A stretch of DNA of 51,351 bases from Pseudomonadales bacterium (GTDB lineage Bacteria > Pseudomonadota > Gammaproteobacteria > Pseudomonadales > DC-out160), in contig JAESQG010000001.1 of NCBI GenBank assembly GCA_016765265.1, forward strand, positions 1 through 51,351, given 5' to 3'. A program made the position numbers and the translations under genes. This document shows, in pieces, positions 26,536 through 34,918 of the stretch. The notes beneath the pieces were generated by a model. The model was not told the origin of the DNA and did no database searches. It saw nothing but the letters and a program-made list of their open reading frames with translations. Within the stretch, counting starts at the first letter, position 1, and the number at the start of each line of letters is the position of its first letter.

Positions 26536-27177
26536 ATGAAAAACAGAACAAGTCAAGGTGCAATGATCCTCATTATTATGTGCATCTTCACGCTCTCGGC
26601 GTGTTCGTTATCACCACAAGAGACACGCGAAGGTTGGCAGCAACGAATCGACCGACTCGAAAATGCGAATGATTCGCTCGAAACATCCATCTTCGAGATC
26701 CGTGCCACGATCGACGAACAGCGTGCAACGATTCAAGCGTTGCCGGATGGTACGGTCAAAGACCAGATCCAGTCCGGCATTGCCCGTGCCGAAACACTCA
26801 TGGCCGAGATGCTTCAACGGCAAGGTGCGATCGGCGCATCAATCGACAGCGGGCGGGCCGCACTCGACGCGCTACCCGAAAATGCTGAATCATGGCAAAT
26901 CAATGGAGTTGGTGCTGGGCAGACCGTGAGCGGCATTGGTGCCGTTCTCCCCCCGCCTTGGGGCACCGTGCTTGGCGGCATCGGCGCGTTGATCGCGGGC
27001 GTATCGCTCCGATCATCCAAGAAAAACAAAGGTGCCGCGATCGGTGCAATCGACACGCTGAACATGGTCAAGGAATCAAGTTCCGAGGCCGCTGCATTCT
27101 TGAACACCAACCGCTCAGTTATTCGCCGGGCACAAGGCGTGTCCGCCGGGCATATTGACAAGTTGAGAGGAAGATAA
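26536..27177 (+). CDS. Lipoprotein with a C-proximal transmembrane segment (u-spanin-like architecture)
   Basis: MKNRTSQGAMILIIMCIFTLSAC gives a signal plus an LSAC lipobox. A coiled-coil-like middle follows, then a hydrophobic WGTVLGGIGALIAGVSL segment. Confidence 0.55.
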   Translation: MKNRTSQGAMILIIMCIFTLSACSLSPQETREGWQQRIDRLENANDSLETSIFEIRATIDEQRATIQALPDGTVKDQIQSGIARAETLMAEMLQRQGAIGASIDSGRAALDALPENAESWQINGVGAGQTVSGIGAVLPPPWGTVLGGIGALIAGVSLRSSKKNKGAAIGAIDTLNMVKESSSEAAAFLNTNRSVIRRAQGVSAGHIDKLRGR

Positions 27178-27756
27178 ATGCCCGACGATGAAAACCAAGC
27201 GAAGTTCGTGACGCACAAAGAGTTCCGCGAGTGGACTAAGGACTTTGATGCCAAGTTCGACCACATGACCGATCGAATGAGCGAGCAGTTCAGGCTGCTC
27301 AACGAGGGCATGGGGAAGATGGTCGCCCGCGTCGGTGTCACCGAAGCATCCAAGGGGTCCATCCCGCTCGGCTCGATCGGCATCATCATCGCCATCGGTG
27401 CAGTCTTTTCATCGCTCGTCGTTGTCCCGTTGAGCCATAAAACCAACGCACAAGAAGACCGAATATGGAACCTTGAAACCTCGTATGTGCCCGAATCCGT
27501 TGTCGTCGCCTCGATTGACGGGCTGCGAGAAAATGATCGGGAGTTGAGCCAGACCGTCTACAAGCACACACTCCAATCGGCAGAGCGATGGGGCCGCACC
27601 GATACCGAGCTCTCTGCATATCGCCATGAACTCACAATCATTAGGGCGTGGCAAATCGCACATGATGAGACGGTTGCACCGCTGAACGCATCGCAGTGGT
27701 CACAGATCCTCAATAATAAATCGGAGATCGAACGGCTCAGGATGGTGTCGCCATGA
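27178..27756 (+). CDS. Single-pass membrane protein (holin/spanin-class candidate)
   Basis: Charged N-terminus, TM segment IPLGSIGIIIAIGAVFSSLVVVPL, and a ~100-aa helical C-terminus. Coupled to its neighbours. Confidence 0.5.
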   Translation: MPDDENQAKFVTHKEFREWTKDFDAKFDHMTDRMSEQFRLLNEGMGKMVARVGVTEASKGSIPLGSIGIIIAIGAVFSSLVVVPLSHKTNAQEDRIWNLETSYVPESVVVASIDGLRENDRELSQTVYKHTLQSAERWGRTDTELSAYRHELTIIRAWQIAHDETVAPLNASQWSQILNNKSEIERLRMVSP

Positions 27757-28601
27757 AAACCGCACCCGTCATTTTGTCAATCGCTGCTGGTGGATCATTG
27801 AGCGTCCACCTGATCCCTCGCGTCCGCGAGATCGTGATGAACTCAGACCTCGGCAACCTTGTCGTCGGCGAGGGTGCCCAATGTTCACTCGGTCACGGTC
27901 TTGATGGGTTGTTCCGCAAGACTGCCGAGGAAGTTCTCGCCACTAAACCTGACTGGCCCGAGACGGGATTCCGAGGAGTCGTCAGGGACCAACTTGACAA
28001 GGCCCATAACCCGATCATGGCGTACCTCGATTATGAGCCATATGGTGACGACGAGGCGACACGCAAATACCGATTCGACGCGGGAAACCGACCACGCACG
28101 AACGCCGAAATGGATCTGGTCATCCGGTGTATCGGACAGATTCAATCTGAGTCATACGAACGCGGGATCAAACTTGAGGTTGGTGTTTGGAACACACCAA
28201 TCACTATCGACAAGTCCGTAGATTGGCCGTCGATCAACGCGATGCACGATCTGGCTGACCTCGATTTCATTTTCCTCAACGAGTACAGACCCCTTCCTTC
28301 GGCGACGCAGAGAAAAATAACCGCCCGAGATGTCCGCACTATTCGCAAGAACACGAAACAACCTATCACAGTGACGGTTCATGCCAATGGAGGGCGAGAT
28401 TTCATTCCTAGAAATGAAGCGAGCGTCCGCAAAAAGGGTCGGGCCATCCGCGACGCTCGTGCCCGGTGTCTGTTCTGGGTCAACACCGCGTGGCTGCTCG
28501 ATCAAGCAAACGAATCACCCTTCGAGGTCGCGTGCAACCAATGGGCTAAGGCACTGGGATACCGACGCACCCGCATCCTCCCGTGGAGGCTTATCCGGTG
28601 A
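27753..28601 (+). CDS. Hypothetical protein with a hydrophobic N-terminus (possible glycoside-hydrolase-like enzyme; very tentative)
   Basis: The start overlaps the previous stop (ATGA). N-terminus MKTAPVILSIAAGGSLSV. No canonical lysozyme or amidase motif seen. Confidence 0.45.
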   Translation: MKTAPVILSIAAGGSLSVHLIPRVREIVMNSDLGNLVVGEGAQCSLGHGLDGLFRKTAEEVLATKPDWPETGFRGVVRDQLDKAHNPIMAYLDYEPYGDDEATRKYRFDAGNRPRTNAEMDLVIRCIGQIQSESYERGIKLEVGVWNTPITIDKSVDWPSINAMHDLADLDFIFLNEYRPLPSATQRKITARDVRTIRKNTKQPITVTVHANGGRDFIPRNEASVRKKGRAIRDARARCLFWVNTAWLLDQANESPFEVACNQWAKALGYRRTRILPWRLIR

Positions 28602-29866
28602 CCCGCATCAAATCCTACATCTCGCCCTATTCGACCCGCAACACCCCTGCGTTGGTGATCTGCACGCTCAATGAACGGCTCAACATCTCCGCCCACGACT
28701 ATATCAAGTGGTCATTCTTTGACGAGGACAATAACCCGATCGACCCATTCACCGATTGGGGATTCCAGGGTTCATGCTACGGCATCGCGGGCACCCGCAT
28801 CCGTGCCGAGTGCGTACACATCAAGGTCGGGTGGCGATTCGCACGCCGGTACACGACCGGGTGGATGATGGTCCCGAGCGCATCAAACGCACCGCCGGTC
28901 ATCAACAACCCGACCGAACGAATCCGAGTCACCGAGCCAGGAACAGTCATTATCAACCCGCGCATCAATGGCGACGGCAAATACGCGATCGAGATCAAGG
29001 CCCCGTGGTGTCGCATCATTGGCGGAGAGTGTGGTGGATTTGGCGGAATATCGCTGCAAGATCGAGCGGACAACACACTGATTCACGGTTTCAAGACGAC
29101 CGGAACAACGAACTATGGGATCAGCCTGCACACCACGGAACGGATCTACCGCGCTCTCACGGTCGATTGTGACATCGGTGTATCAACAGACGAGTGCGGA
29201 CTGCGATCGACCGGGCTGATCGACTATTGGACCATCATCAACTCTAAGTTCCGCAACGCCCACAAGAAGCAGGGCATCCGGTTTACGGGGCAGGGCAACA
29301 GGTTCCTTCATGTCCACAAGTGCGATCTTCGTGACGGTGGGTGCGCGATGGGGCAAATGAGTCCGCCAAACAAGCCGGGATATGTGAAGCATGTACGCAT
29401 AGACCAATGCACACTTATCGGAGGCAACAGCCACGGTCATGACCCGACGAAGCCGGGCACCGCACTCATCCCGATCTATCCCAACACCAGCGATCTAGTG
29501 ATCTGCTCAAACAAGATCGTCAACGACACCCAAAACCCCGCGATCGTCATCGCACCTCTTGCAGATGGTGCCGATGACGGCACCGGGGCGTGGCCGTCAT
29601 CGCGGCAAACCATTGCCCACAACAACATCGACACCGGACCGTTGTCCACGCGAGGCATCAAGAATGTCGCCGAATGGGAAGGCTCAGTGATCGAGAACAG
29701 CCTCATCGACGGCGATCCCGACAACCCAACAGGCAAACGCACCGACGGCGTGTGGCTAGATTACTACGGCAACTTCATCCGCAAACGCCGGGCGATCGCG
29801 GGTATGCACCAACCACACACACGCCGAGCCCCACGCGGGGTGCGGGTTTTGGGGAGCCTCACATGA
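28583..29866 (+). CDS. Tail spike-like protein with parallel beta-helix-like repeats
   Basis: Repetitive G/N/T/I-rich turns (NTLIHGFKTTGTTNYGISLHTT, CDIGVSTDECGLRSTG, NRFLHVHKCDLRDGG). An alternative GTG start at 28598 overlaps the previous stop. Confidence 0.5.
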   Translation: MEAYPVTRIKSYISPYSTRNTPALVICTLNERLNISAHDYIKWSFFDEDNNPIDPFTDWGFQGSCYGIAGTRIRAECVHIKVGWRFARRYTTGWMMVPSASNAPPVINNPTERIRVTEPGTVIINPRINGDGKYAIEIKAPWCRIIGGECGGFGGISLQDRADNTLIHGFKTTGTTNYGISLHTTERIYRALTVDCDIGVSTDECGLRSTGLIDYWTIINSKFRNAHKKQGIRFTGQGNRFLHVHKCDLRDGGCAMGQMSPPNKPGYVKHVRIDQCTLIGGNSHGHDPTKPGTALIPIYPNTSDLVICSNKIVNDTQNPAIVIAPLADGADDGTGAWPSSRQTIAHNNIDTGPLSTRGIKNVAEWEGSVIENSLIDGDPDNPTGKRTDGVWLDYYGNFIRKRRAIAGMHQPHTRRAPRGVRVLGSLT

Positions 29867-31491
29867 TTCGCACCCTCGTCACAGCACTCGCGTTGCTTAT
29901 CGCCCAACCCGACCTTGGACCAGACGACCCATTCATTGAAGTCTGGGAAACCGTACTCAACTACACAACAGGACCACAAATGCCACCAAGATTACCGATA
30001 TTGCAAAATGGAGACCCGCTCTACTCACTGGGCGAGCCCGTCTATGGCGTAGGCGCAGACCTTGGCACCGCAGCAAGCACCGCCAACTATGTTGGCAACA
30101 CCGATGTTGCCCGGCGTTTCGTTGCGGGTGAGGGGGTGCGGCTTTGCATCTCGTCAAACTCTCAGTTTGCCAATGGTGAATCGAGAGGGTTGAAAGCTAT
30201 TCAGAACGAATGGCCGTTCCGGTTCTCAGTCGTTCCCGTCATGGTGGCGACGACCAATGAAATCTTCGATGTCAACAAAGTCTCAACTACAGTTGATTAC
30301 CTGTATAGCACAGTATGGCATCGTACAGATGTAGTCTCCAACCTTGGTGTAGCAGCATCAACCCTGTTCACCAACTCAGGTATTGGAGACATCTCACAGA
30401 TCCCAATGGCGTGGACATTTCTCAAGGCAGGTGCATCATCCCAGTTCTTTGCCAACCTGTCTATTGAGGCGGGCAACGGGCAAACAGATCACTTCTTCTA
30501 CGATGACAACTGGATCGACGACGACGGTGTTTGGTGGCAGGACCATATCGCGTTGGTCTGCGGAGGAAACACCGACCTCAATACCGGCGGTGGTTCATAC
30601 GATATGAGGCTGCGGTTTCAAGGATACATACCCAATACCACAAAACTGTTCACATCACTCACAACTCATACAATCCCATCAGTAGACTCAAAATCAGTCA
30701 CACTGTCGGTTGCCAACGGGTCAGCATCCCTCACTATGATTTCAACAGGGGTGAACCTGACAGGCACGGCAACAGCCCCTTTCCGCCCTTGGACATTGCT
30801 CGAAGAAGACGATGCGATTGACAATAAAGAGACCTTCATCCTGCCCGGATACCGTCAGCGATACACCGACGCAACCACACCCGCCACAGACTTTGGGATC
30901 TACCTTGTTCGGGCGGGGGCGGCAAGAAGCCCTGAGCAATGGATGTCCGGTGCCGATAACGGCTCGGCAATCTTTTATGGGTCAGGCGGCGACTTTGATA
31001 CCCGCCAGTGGATGTGGGAAAACTACGGTTCACCCAACACGCTCATGTACTTCTACGGACACAACAATTTCGAGCGGGACATCACCGTACCAAAGGCAGA
31101 GAGCGTGTTTCAGGCCGACCTGTTTGACCTGATCCATCAAGACGCATCGGATATCTTCGCCCTGACCGGCGCGTACCCGGACATTGTTCTCGGCATCCCT
31201 TGGGCAGAGACATCAGGAATCAATATGGATCAGGCTCGGCACGATGAGATGGTGGCAATCGTGAACGCCCTCAACGCCGTAGGCATCCCGACAATCGGTG
31301 CTGATATGTTCAACAAGTGCGGCGGGGCGACATACGACAATGTGTATCCACTTGACGGCACACACCCACTGAACAAAGCGTCCGCGCGTGGGCTTTGGGG
31401 AACCGATCGGTTCTTCGGGATCATGCAAGAGGCGGCGGCAGATACAGGGTCAGGCGGCAACCGCAGCCGGGATCGCAAAAGAGAAAGATAA
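29863..31491 (+). CDS. Tail fibre/spike-like protein with a possible C-terminal SGNH-esterase-like region
   Basis: ATG 29863 overlaps the previous stop (ATGA); the track ORF starts at 29590. Signal-like MIRTLVTALALLIAQP. The C-terminal YGHNNF and LDGTHPLNKASARGLW resemble SGNH blocks III and V. Confidence 0.5.
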   Translation: MIRTLVTALALLIAQPDLGPDDPFIEVWETVLNYTTGPQMPPRLPILQNGDPLYSLGEPVYGVGADLGTAASTANYVGNTDVARRFVAGEGVRLCISSNSQFANGESRGLKAIQNEWPFRFSVVPVMVATTNEIFDVNKVSTTVDYLYSTVWHRTDVVSNLGVAASTLFTNSGIGDISQIPMAWTFLKAGASSQFFANLSIEAGNGQTDHFFYDDNWIDDDGVWWQDHIALVCGGNTDLNTGGGSYDMRLRFQGYIPNTTKLFTSLTTHTIPSVDSKSVTLSVANGSASLTMISTGVNLTGTATAPFRPWTLLEEDDAIDNKETFILPGYRQRYTDATTPATDFGIYLVRAGAARSPEQWMSGADNGSAIFYGSGGDFDTRQWMWENYGSPNTLMYFYGHNNFERDITVPKAESVFQADLFDLIHQDASDIFALTGAYPDIVLGIPWAETSGINMDQARHDEMVAIVNALNAVGIPTIGADMFNKCGGATYDNVYPLDGTHPLNKASARGLWGTDRFFGIMQEAAADTGSGGNRSRDRKRER

Positions 31492-31563
31492 GAACATTCA
31501 GTGAGCCGAATAACGGTGTAAAGCAAATCAGCAATGATTGGTTGTTCATATGTCACAGAGAAG

Positions 31564-31591
31564 GAACAACCCCCGGTCTGGGGATTTGTTC
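31564..31591. terminator. Hairpin in the convergent gap (weak bidirectional terminator candidate)
   Basis: gaacaacccc-cggtct-ggggatttgttc sits between the last plus-strand gene (ends 31491) and the last minus-strand gene (ends 31873). Confidence 0.3.
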
Positions 31592-31872
31592 AGTGTTTGG
31601 TTCCCCATAGAGGCCCGTCACTATCACTCAGCATTCTTATCGGCATTGCTGATTCACCTGCCGCTTGAAAAGTTATGCCAAGGGGCGTTCGTTGCTCACC
31701 TCACCCTTGACCCTTTCAAGTACCGCCTGATCGCTTAGGCCCGTAGACCCCTGACGCATGGCGGCCCGATCTACAGAGCCGATCGGAGTGGCTACTGGTT
31801 TGGCAGGAGAGATCCCAATACCCTTTGACGAGAGCCAGTCTCGCAATACAGATTGTGTTCGACAATATACAC

Positions 31873-32220
31873 TCAGTTGTCGGGCGAGAATGGCGGATCA
31901 CAAAATCCATCCATAAGTTCCGATCTATCCACAGGCTTTGTGTATTGATTGTGGATAACTTTTTCACCGTGAGGCGTGCCCAGTTCGTTCAGGACGGTCT
32001 GGATCTGTTCAACAGCCCACGAAGCGTCTTTCAACACTCGGGGCCGGGAGGGGCGGGATACGGGCCGTTTCTTGCCCTTTGCTCGCTGCTGACAGCGGAA
32101 GGCCATCTGTTCGTGATGGACATGGCATTTCCATAGTCCATCAGTGTCTTTGGCAGTGGCGACCAGGGAGCAAAGATTCCCTTTGGCGGTTGTACATTCA
32201 CAGTAAGGCATCAGGCCCAA
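31873..32220 (-). CDS. Hypothetical protein with an N-terminal Cys/His cluster
   Basis: PYCECTTAKGNLCSLV...WKCHVHH is zinc-finger-like. Overlaps the SSB stop by 10 nt. Confidence 0.5.
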   Translation of the reverse strand: MGLMPYCECTTAKGNLCSLVATAKDTDGLWKCHVHHEQMAFRCQQRAKGKKRPVSRPSRPRVLKDASWAVEQIQTVLNELGTPHGEKVIHNQYTKPVDRSELMDGFCDPPFSPDN

Positions 32221-32642
32221 TCAACCCTTGGACTGAACGGGATGTCGTTATGGTCAATCGCCGGTCCTGACCCCGCACCGCCCAATGATTGCTGTTCTTG
32301 ACCACCCTGCTGACCGCCACCGACGAAGGTGAATGACTCAACGACGACCGAGAGTTTGGAACGCTTCCCACCCCCATTGCGATCTTCCCACTGATCGAGT
32401 TTCAGCCGACCCTCAACCAAAACCGATGAGCCCTTGGAAAGGTATTGGGCCATGACTTCGGCGGTCTTGCCCCATGATTGGCAATCAATGAATGCCACTT
32501 CCTCGCGTTGCTCACCCGATGCGGTCTTGAACTTCCGGTTGGTGGCGAGTGTGAAGTTGCCGACTTGGGTAGACCCTGCCGCCTTCAACTCGATGTCGCG
32601 GGTAAGGTTTCCAAGGATGATTACTTTGTTGAAACTAGCCAT
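32211..32642 (-). CDS. ssb: Single-stranded DNA-binding protein
   Basis: MASFNKVIILGNLTRDIELK...FIDCQSWGKTAEVMAQYLSKGSSVLVEGRLKLDQWEDR is an OB fold, followed by a Gly/Gln-rich linker and a DIPF motif. Unusually, 7 more residues (SPRVDWA) follow DIPF. The start overlaps the upstream stop (ATGA). Confidence 0.9.
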   Translation of the reverse strand: MASFNKVIILGNLTRDIELKAAGSTQVGNFTLATNRKFKTASGEQREEVAFIDCQSWGKTAEVMAQYLSKGSSVLVEGRLKLDQWEDRNGGGKRSKLSVVVESFTFVGGGQQGGQEQQSLGGAGSGPAIDHNDIPFSPRVDWA

Positions 32643-33028
32643 CAGTTGATCTCCCATTCTTCGATATTGTCGATTGCCCACACATTGATCCACACGATCG
32701 TCGGTGCGCACATCGGGCCGTCGAGATAGACGGCAGTGTATTCTTCGGTGCTTGACAGATTGATGTCCTTTGACCGCCCAATCAATATAGCCTCGCCAAT
32801 CGCCCTTGTGACTGATTCCATATCGTCATCAATGAGTGGCCCATTGTACATGCTTTTGGGTTCAAATCGACTGTCGGCAAGCCACACGCGAAACTCCACA
32901 CCGCCTTCGGATCGCGTGATATACAATCGCCCGTCGATATACTCATCAATCGTCATCGGCGGATCAAGCGTTTCAATCGGCGTGATTGGCAATCGTGATA
33001 CATCTACTCGTTTGTTTTTGTCGTTCAT
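32642..33028 (-). CDS. Hypothetical protein
   Basis: AAAGGACAGAA lies before the ATG at 33028 (the track ORF extends to 33103). Confidence 0.5.
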   Translation of the reverse strand: MNDKNKRVDVSRLPITPIETLDPPMTIDEYIDGRLYITRSEGGVEFRVWLADSRFEPKSMYNGPLIDDDMESVTRAIGEAILIGRSKDINLSSTEEYTAVYLDGPMCAPTIVWINVWAIDNIEEWEIN

Positions 33029-33121
33029 TTCTGTCCTTTCGGTTTGACCTTCTTCCCGACACCGGGAATATGGTTTTCTGATTTTCCAAACACACGCTCC
33101 CATCGAGCGCGGAACTTGGCT

Positions 33122-33499
33122 TCATTTGTTGGTCGTCGGCGTGATCCCTTGCCCATGCTTCACCTGCCATTCGACCGTTTCGATGATGCAGTCAAAGATC
33201 CCTGCTTTGCTGCTAAATGGATACTTGATTTCCATTCGTGTTTGCGTGTGGCTATACAACACTTCGCATCCTCGTCTGTCGATTGTCCACCCGTTATCCA
33301 ACAGCCACCTCTCCGCACGCGCGGTCACGATGTCGAGGGCGTGTTGGTCCAAAATAACAGCCCAATGGTCCGAGTCTCGACGATATGAGATGTGAAACTT
33401 TGGAATAAGGATTTCTCTCGGCCATACTTCTTCCGGCAACGCTTCCTTGAGATCAATCAACTGTTCGCGGTAAGTCATCTTTGTTTCGTTGTTAGTCAT
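33122..33499 (-). CDS. Hypothetical protein
   Basis: The start MTNNETK overlaps the upstream stop (ATGACTAA). The track ORF extends to 33580. Confidence 0.5.
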   Translation of the reverse strand: MTNNETKMTYREQLIDLKEALPEEVWPREILIPKFHISYRRDSDHWAVILDQHALDIVTARAERWLLDNGWTIDRRGCEVLYSHTQTRMEIKYPFSSKAGIFDCIIETVEWQVKHGQGITPTTNK

Positions 33500-33686
33500 C
33501 AGTGTCCCCTTCATAAGCGATCCAAGATCGACAGTTTTCACACGCAAACGAGACTTCTTTTTCAGGGTACCCGTTTTCAATAAGCCACTCGCTAGTAGGC
33601 GTATTACATTCCTTTATGCGGGGGAAGCCATATCTCCACCCTGACGGTGGATCCACCCAAGTTCCGATTACTTTTCGGTTAGTCAT
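33492..33686 (-). CDS. Small hypothetical protein
   Basis: 64 aa. The start overlaps the HisRS-like stop (ATGACTAA). Confidence 0.5.
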   Translation of the reverse strand: MTNRKVIGTWVDPPSGWRYGFPRIKECNTPTSEWLIENGYPEKEVSFACENCRSWIAYEGDTDD

Positions 33687-34341
33687 CTTTGGTTCCTTCG
33701 CACTCCGCAGATCGCTTGTGCGCGAGCATCACGCGCTCGACACCGAACGCGAAGCCCATGCCGTTCTTGTATCGACCACCTCCGACGATCTGTTTCTGAG
33801 CACCGAGCAGGTCGCAAGTGATCTCGAAGCCGCGAGCGTCTTTGTAGTACGCCGAGCCTCGATTCACATTCAGATTCAACTCAAAGTCGAACCGATCGAG
33901 GAAAGCACTGAGCATCTGAATCGCAAGAAGGGAGATTTCGTACTCGACCTCACCATCACACGATGTTGGATTCAACCACTCCACACCGAACTGCGTGAAC
34001 TCGCGGTAGCGGCCCTCTTGCGGTTTGTCGTACCGCCAGCACCGCTCGGCGTAGTAGACCAGCGTGTCCGCTGGGAACGCATCGGCGATCGCTGAGATGG
34101 TGTTGGTGCATTCCGGACGCAGACACAGCGGGCGGCCTTTGCGGTCGGCGAACTCGTACATGCGCAAATCGGGTGCAAGTTTTTCGGTGTAGAACGGGGC
34201 GGAGTCCAGCGAGGGGAGCCGGATGGGTTGGCAGCCAAAGTTGGCGGCAATGTCCTCGCTCGATCGGATGATGCGTTGCATGAGGGCAGCGTCGTCGCCG
34301 GTTCGGATGTGTGTGCCCTTGACGGGCTTGTAGTCAGTCAT
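33679..34341 (-). CDS. Truncated histidyl-tRNA synthetase/HisZ-like class II catalytic core (no anticodon-binding domain)
   Basis: MYEFADRKGRPLCLRPECT; YYAERCWRYDKPQEGRYREFTQFG (motif 2); AYYKDARGFE; GGGRYKNG...GFAFGVERV (HisB/motif 3). Only 220 aa. Confidence 0.75.
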   Translation of the reverse strand: MTDYKPVKGTHIRTGDDAALMQRIIRSSEDIAANFGCQPIRLPSLDSAPFYTEKLAPDLRMYEFADRKGRPLCLRPECTNTISAIADAFPADTLVYYAERCWRYDKPQEGRYREFTQFGVEWLNPTSCDGEVEYEISLLAIQMLSAFLDRFDFELNLNVNRGSAYYKDARGFEITCDLLGAQKQIVGGGRYKNGMGFAFGVERVMLAHKRSAECEGTKDD

Positions 34342-34380
34342 TCTTTGATTCCCTTTGAGTTGGGCGAGGTGTAAGGGTGA

Positions 34381-34545
34381 CTATCTGTAAACCGTACACG
34401 ACACGGGCAACACCGTACCTTCGGGCAATGTGCCGCCACCAAGGGAGATCCATTCCAACGACGCAGGCAACACCATACCTTCTGGCAATGTGGCACCGTC
34501 GAGGTGGAGCGTCTTTTGACCTTCTGCAACTTCAATCTTCTTCAT
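34381..34545 (-). CDS. 54-aa ORF with a 20-aa internal repeat (below the track cutoff)
   Basis: AAAGGAATCACAA precedes the ATG. Reads MKKIEVAEGQKTLHLDGATLPEGMVLPASLEWISLGGGTLPEGTVLPVSCTVYR. A 36-bp direct repeat with a 60-nt period lies at 34405-34440 and 34465-34500. A competing TTG-start frame exists (34338-34535). Confidence 0.35.
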   Translation of the reverse strand: MKKIEVAEGQKTLHLDGATLPEGMVLPASLEWISLGGGTLPEGTVLPVSCTVYR

Positions 34546-34567
34546 TTGTGATTCCTTTCTTGGTCAG

Positions 34568-34918
34568 TCATTCTTTGATCTCCATTACTTCGATTGCGAG
34601 GCTGACGACGGCGTAGCGGAAAGGTTGGCCGCTGCACGGAAGGAAGCGTTGGTAATCTTCATCGCACGCATCGAGGAACCACCGCCCATCCATCTGCCCG
34701 TTTATACTGAACCCCTGGATATAGTTGGTGCCAGCCCACCGCAGCAACTCCAACGCTGCGTCCGTGCAGTCGCGGGGGTCGGGTACCCTCCCGCCTCTTA
34801 CATGTTCGGGGTATGGACTAAACCCAGACCCTTTGCCGAGGCAGTAGACCTCCTGCCAGCCCTCTTTCTTTGAAATCATCTTCGCAGTCGCCGAGTCGTT
34901 TGGTCTAGTTGGGGTCAT
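34568..34918 (-). CDS. Hypothetical protein, paralog of 35511-35870
   Basis: The C-terminus FRYAVVSLAIEVMEIKE matches FCYAVINLAIELMEIKDE in the paralog, and about 45 bp of DNA similarity underlies it. Confidence 0.55.
   Translation of the reverse strand: MTPTRPNDSATAKMISKKEGWQEVYCLGKGSGFSPYPEHVRGGRVPDPRDCTDAALELLRWAGTNYIQGFSINGQMDGRWFLDACDEDYQRFLPCSGQPFRYAVVSLAIEVMEIKE

Noticed and set aside
31538-31967. ORFs 31538-31738 (+) and 31716-31967 (-) in the convergent gap
   Set aside because: They have no SD, an odd composition, and overlap the hairpin region or the 31873 gene. The gap is more plausibly non-coding terminator space.
34338-34535. TTG-start 65-aa Cys/Arg-rich ORF listed in the track
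   Set aside because: It is not rejected outright but ranked below the ATG/SD-led 54-aa frame, because it has a non-ATG start and an odd composition. It is kept as the alternative in the finding for 34381-34545, since it ends in the conserved coupling junction.
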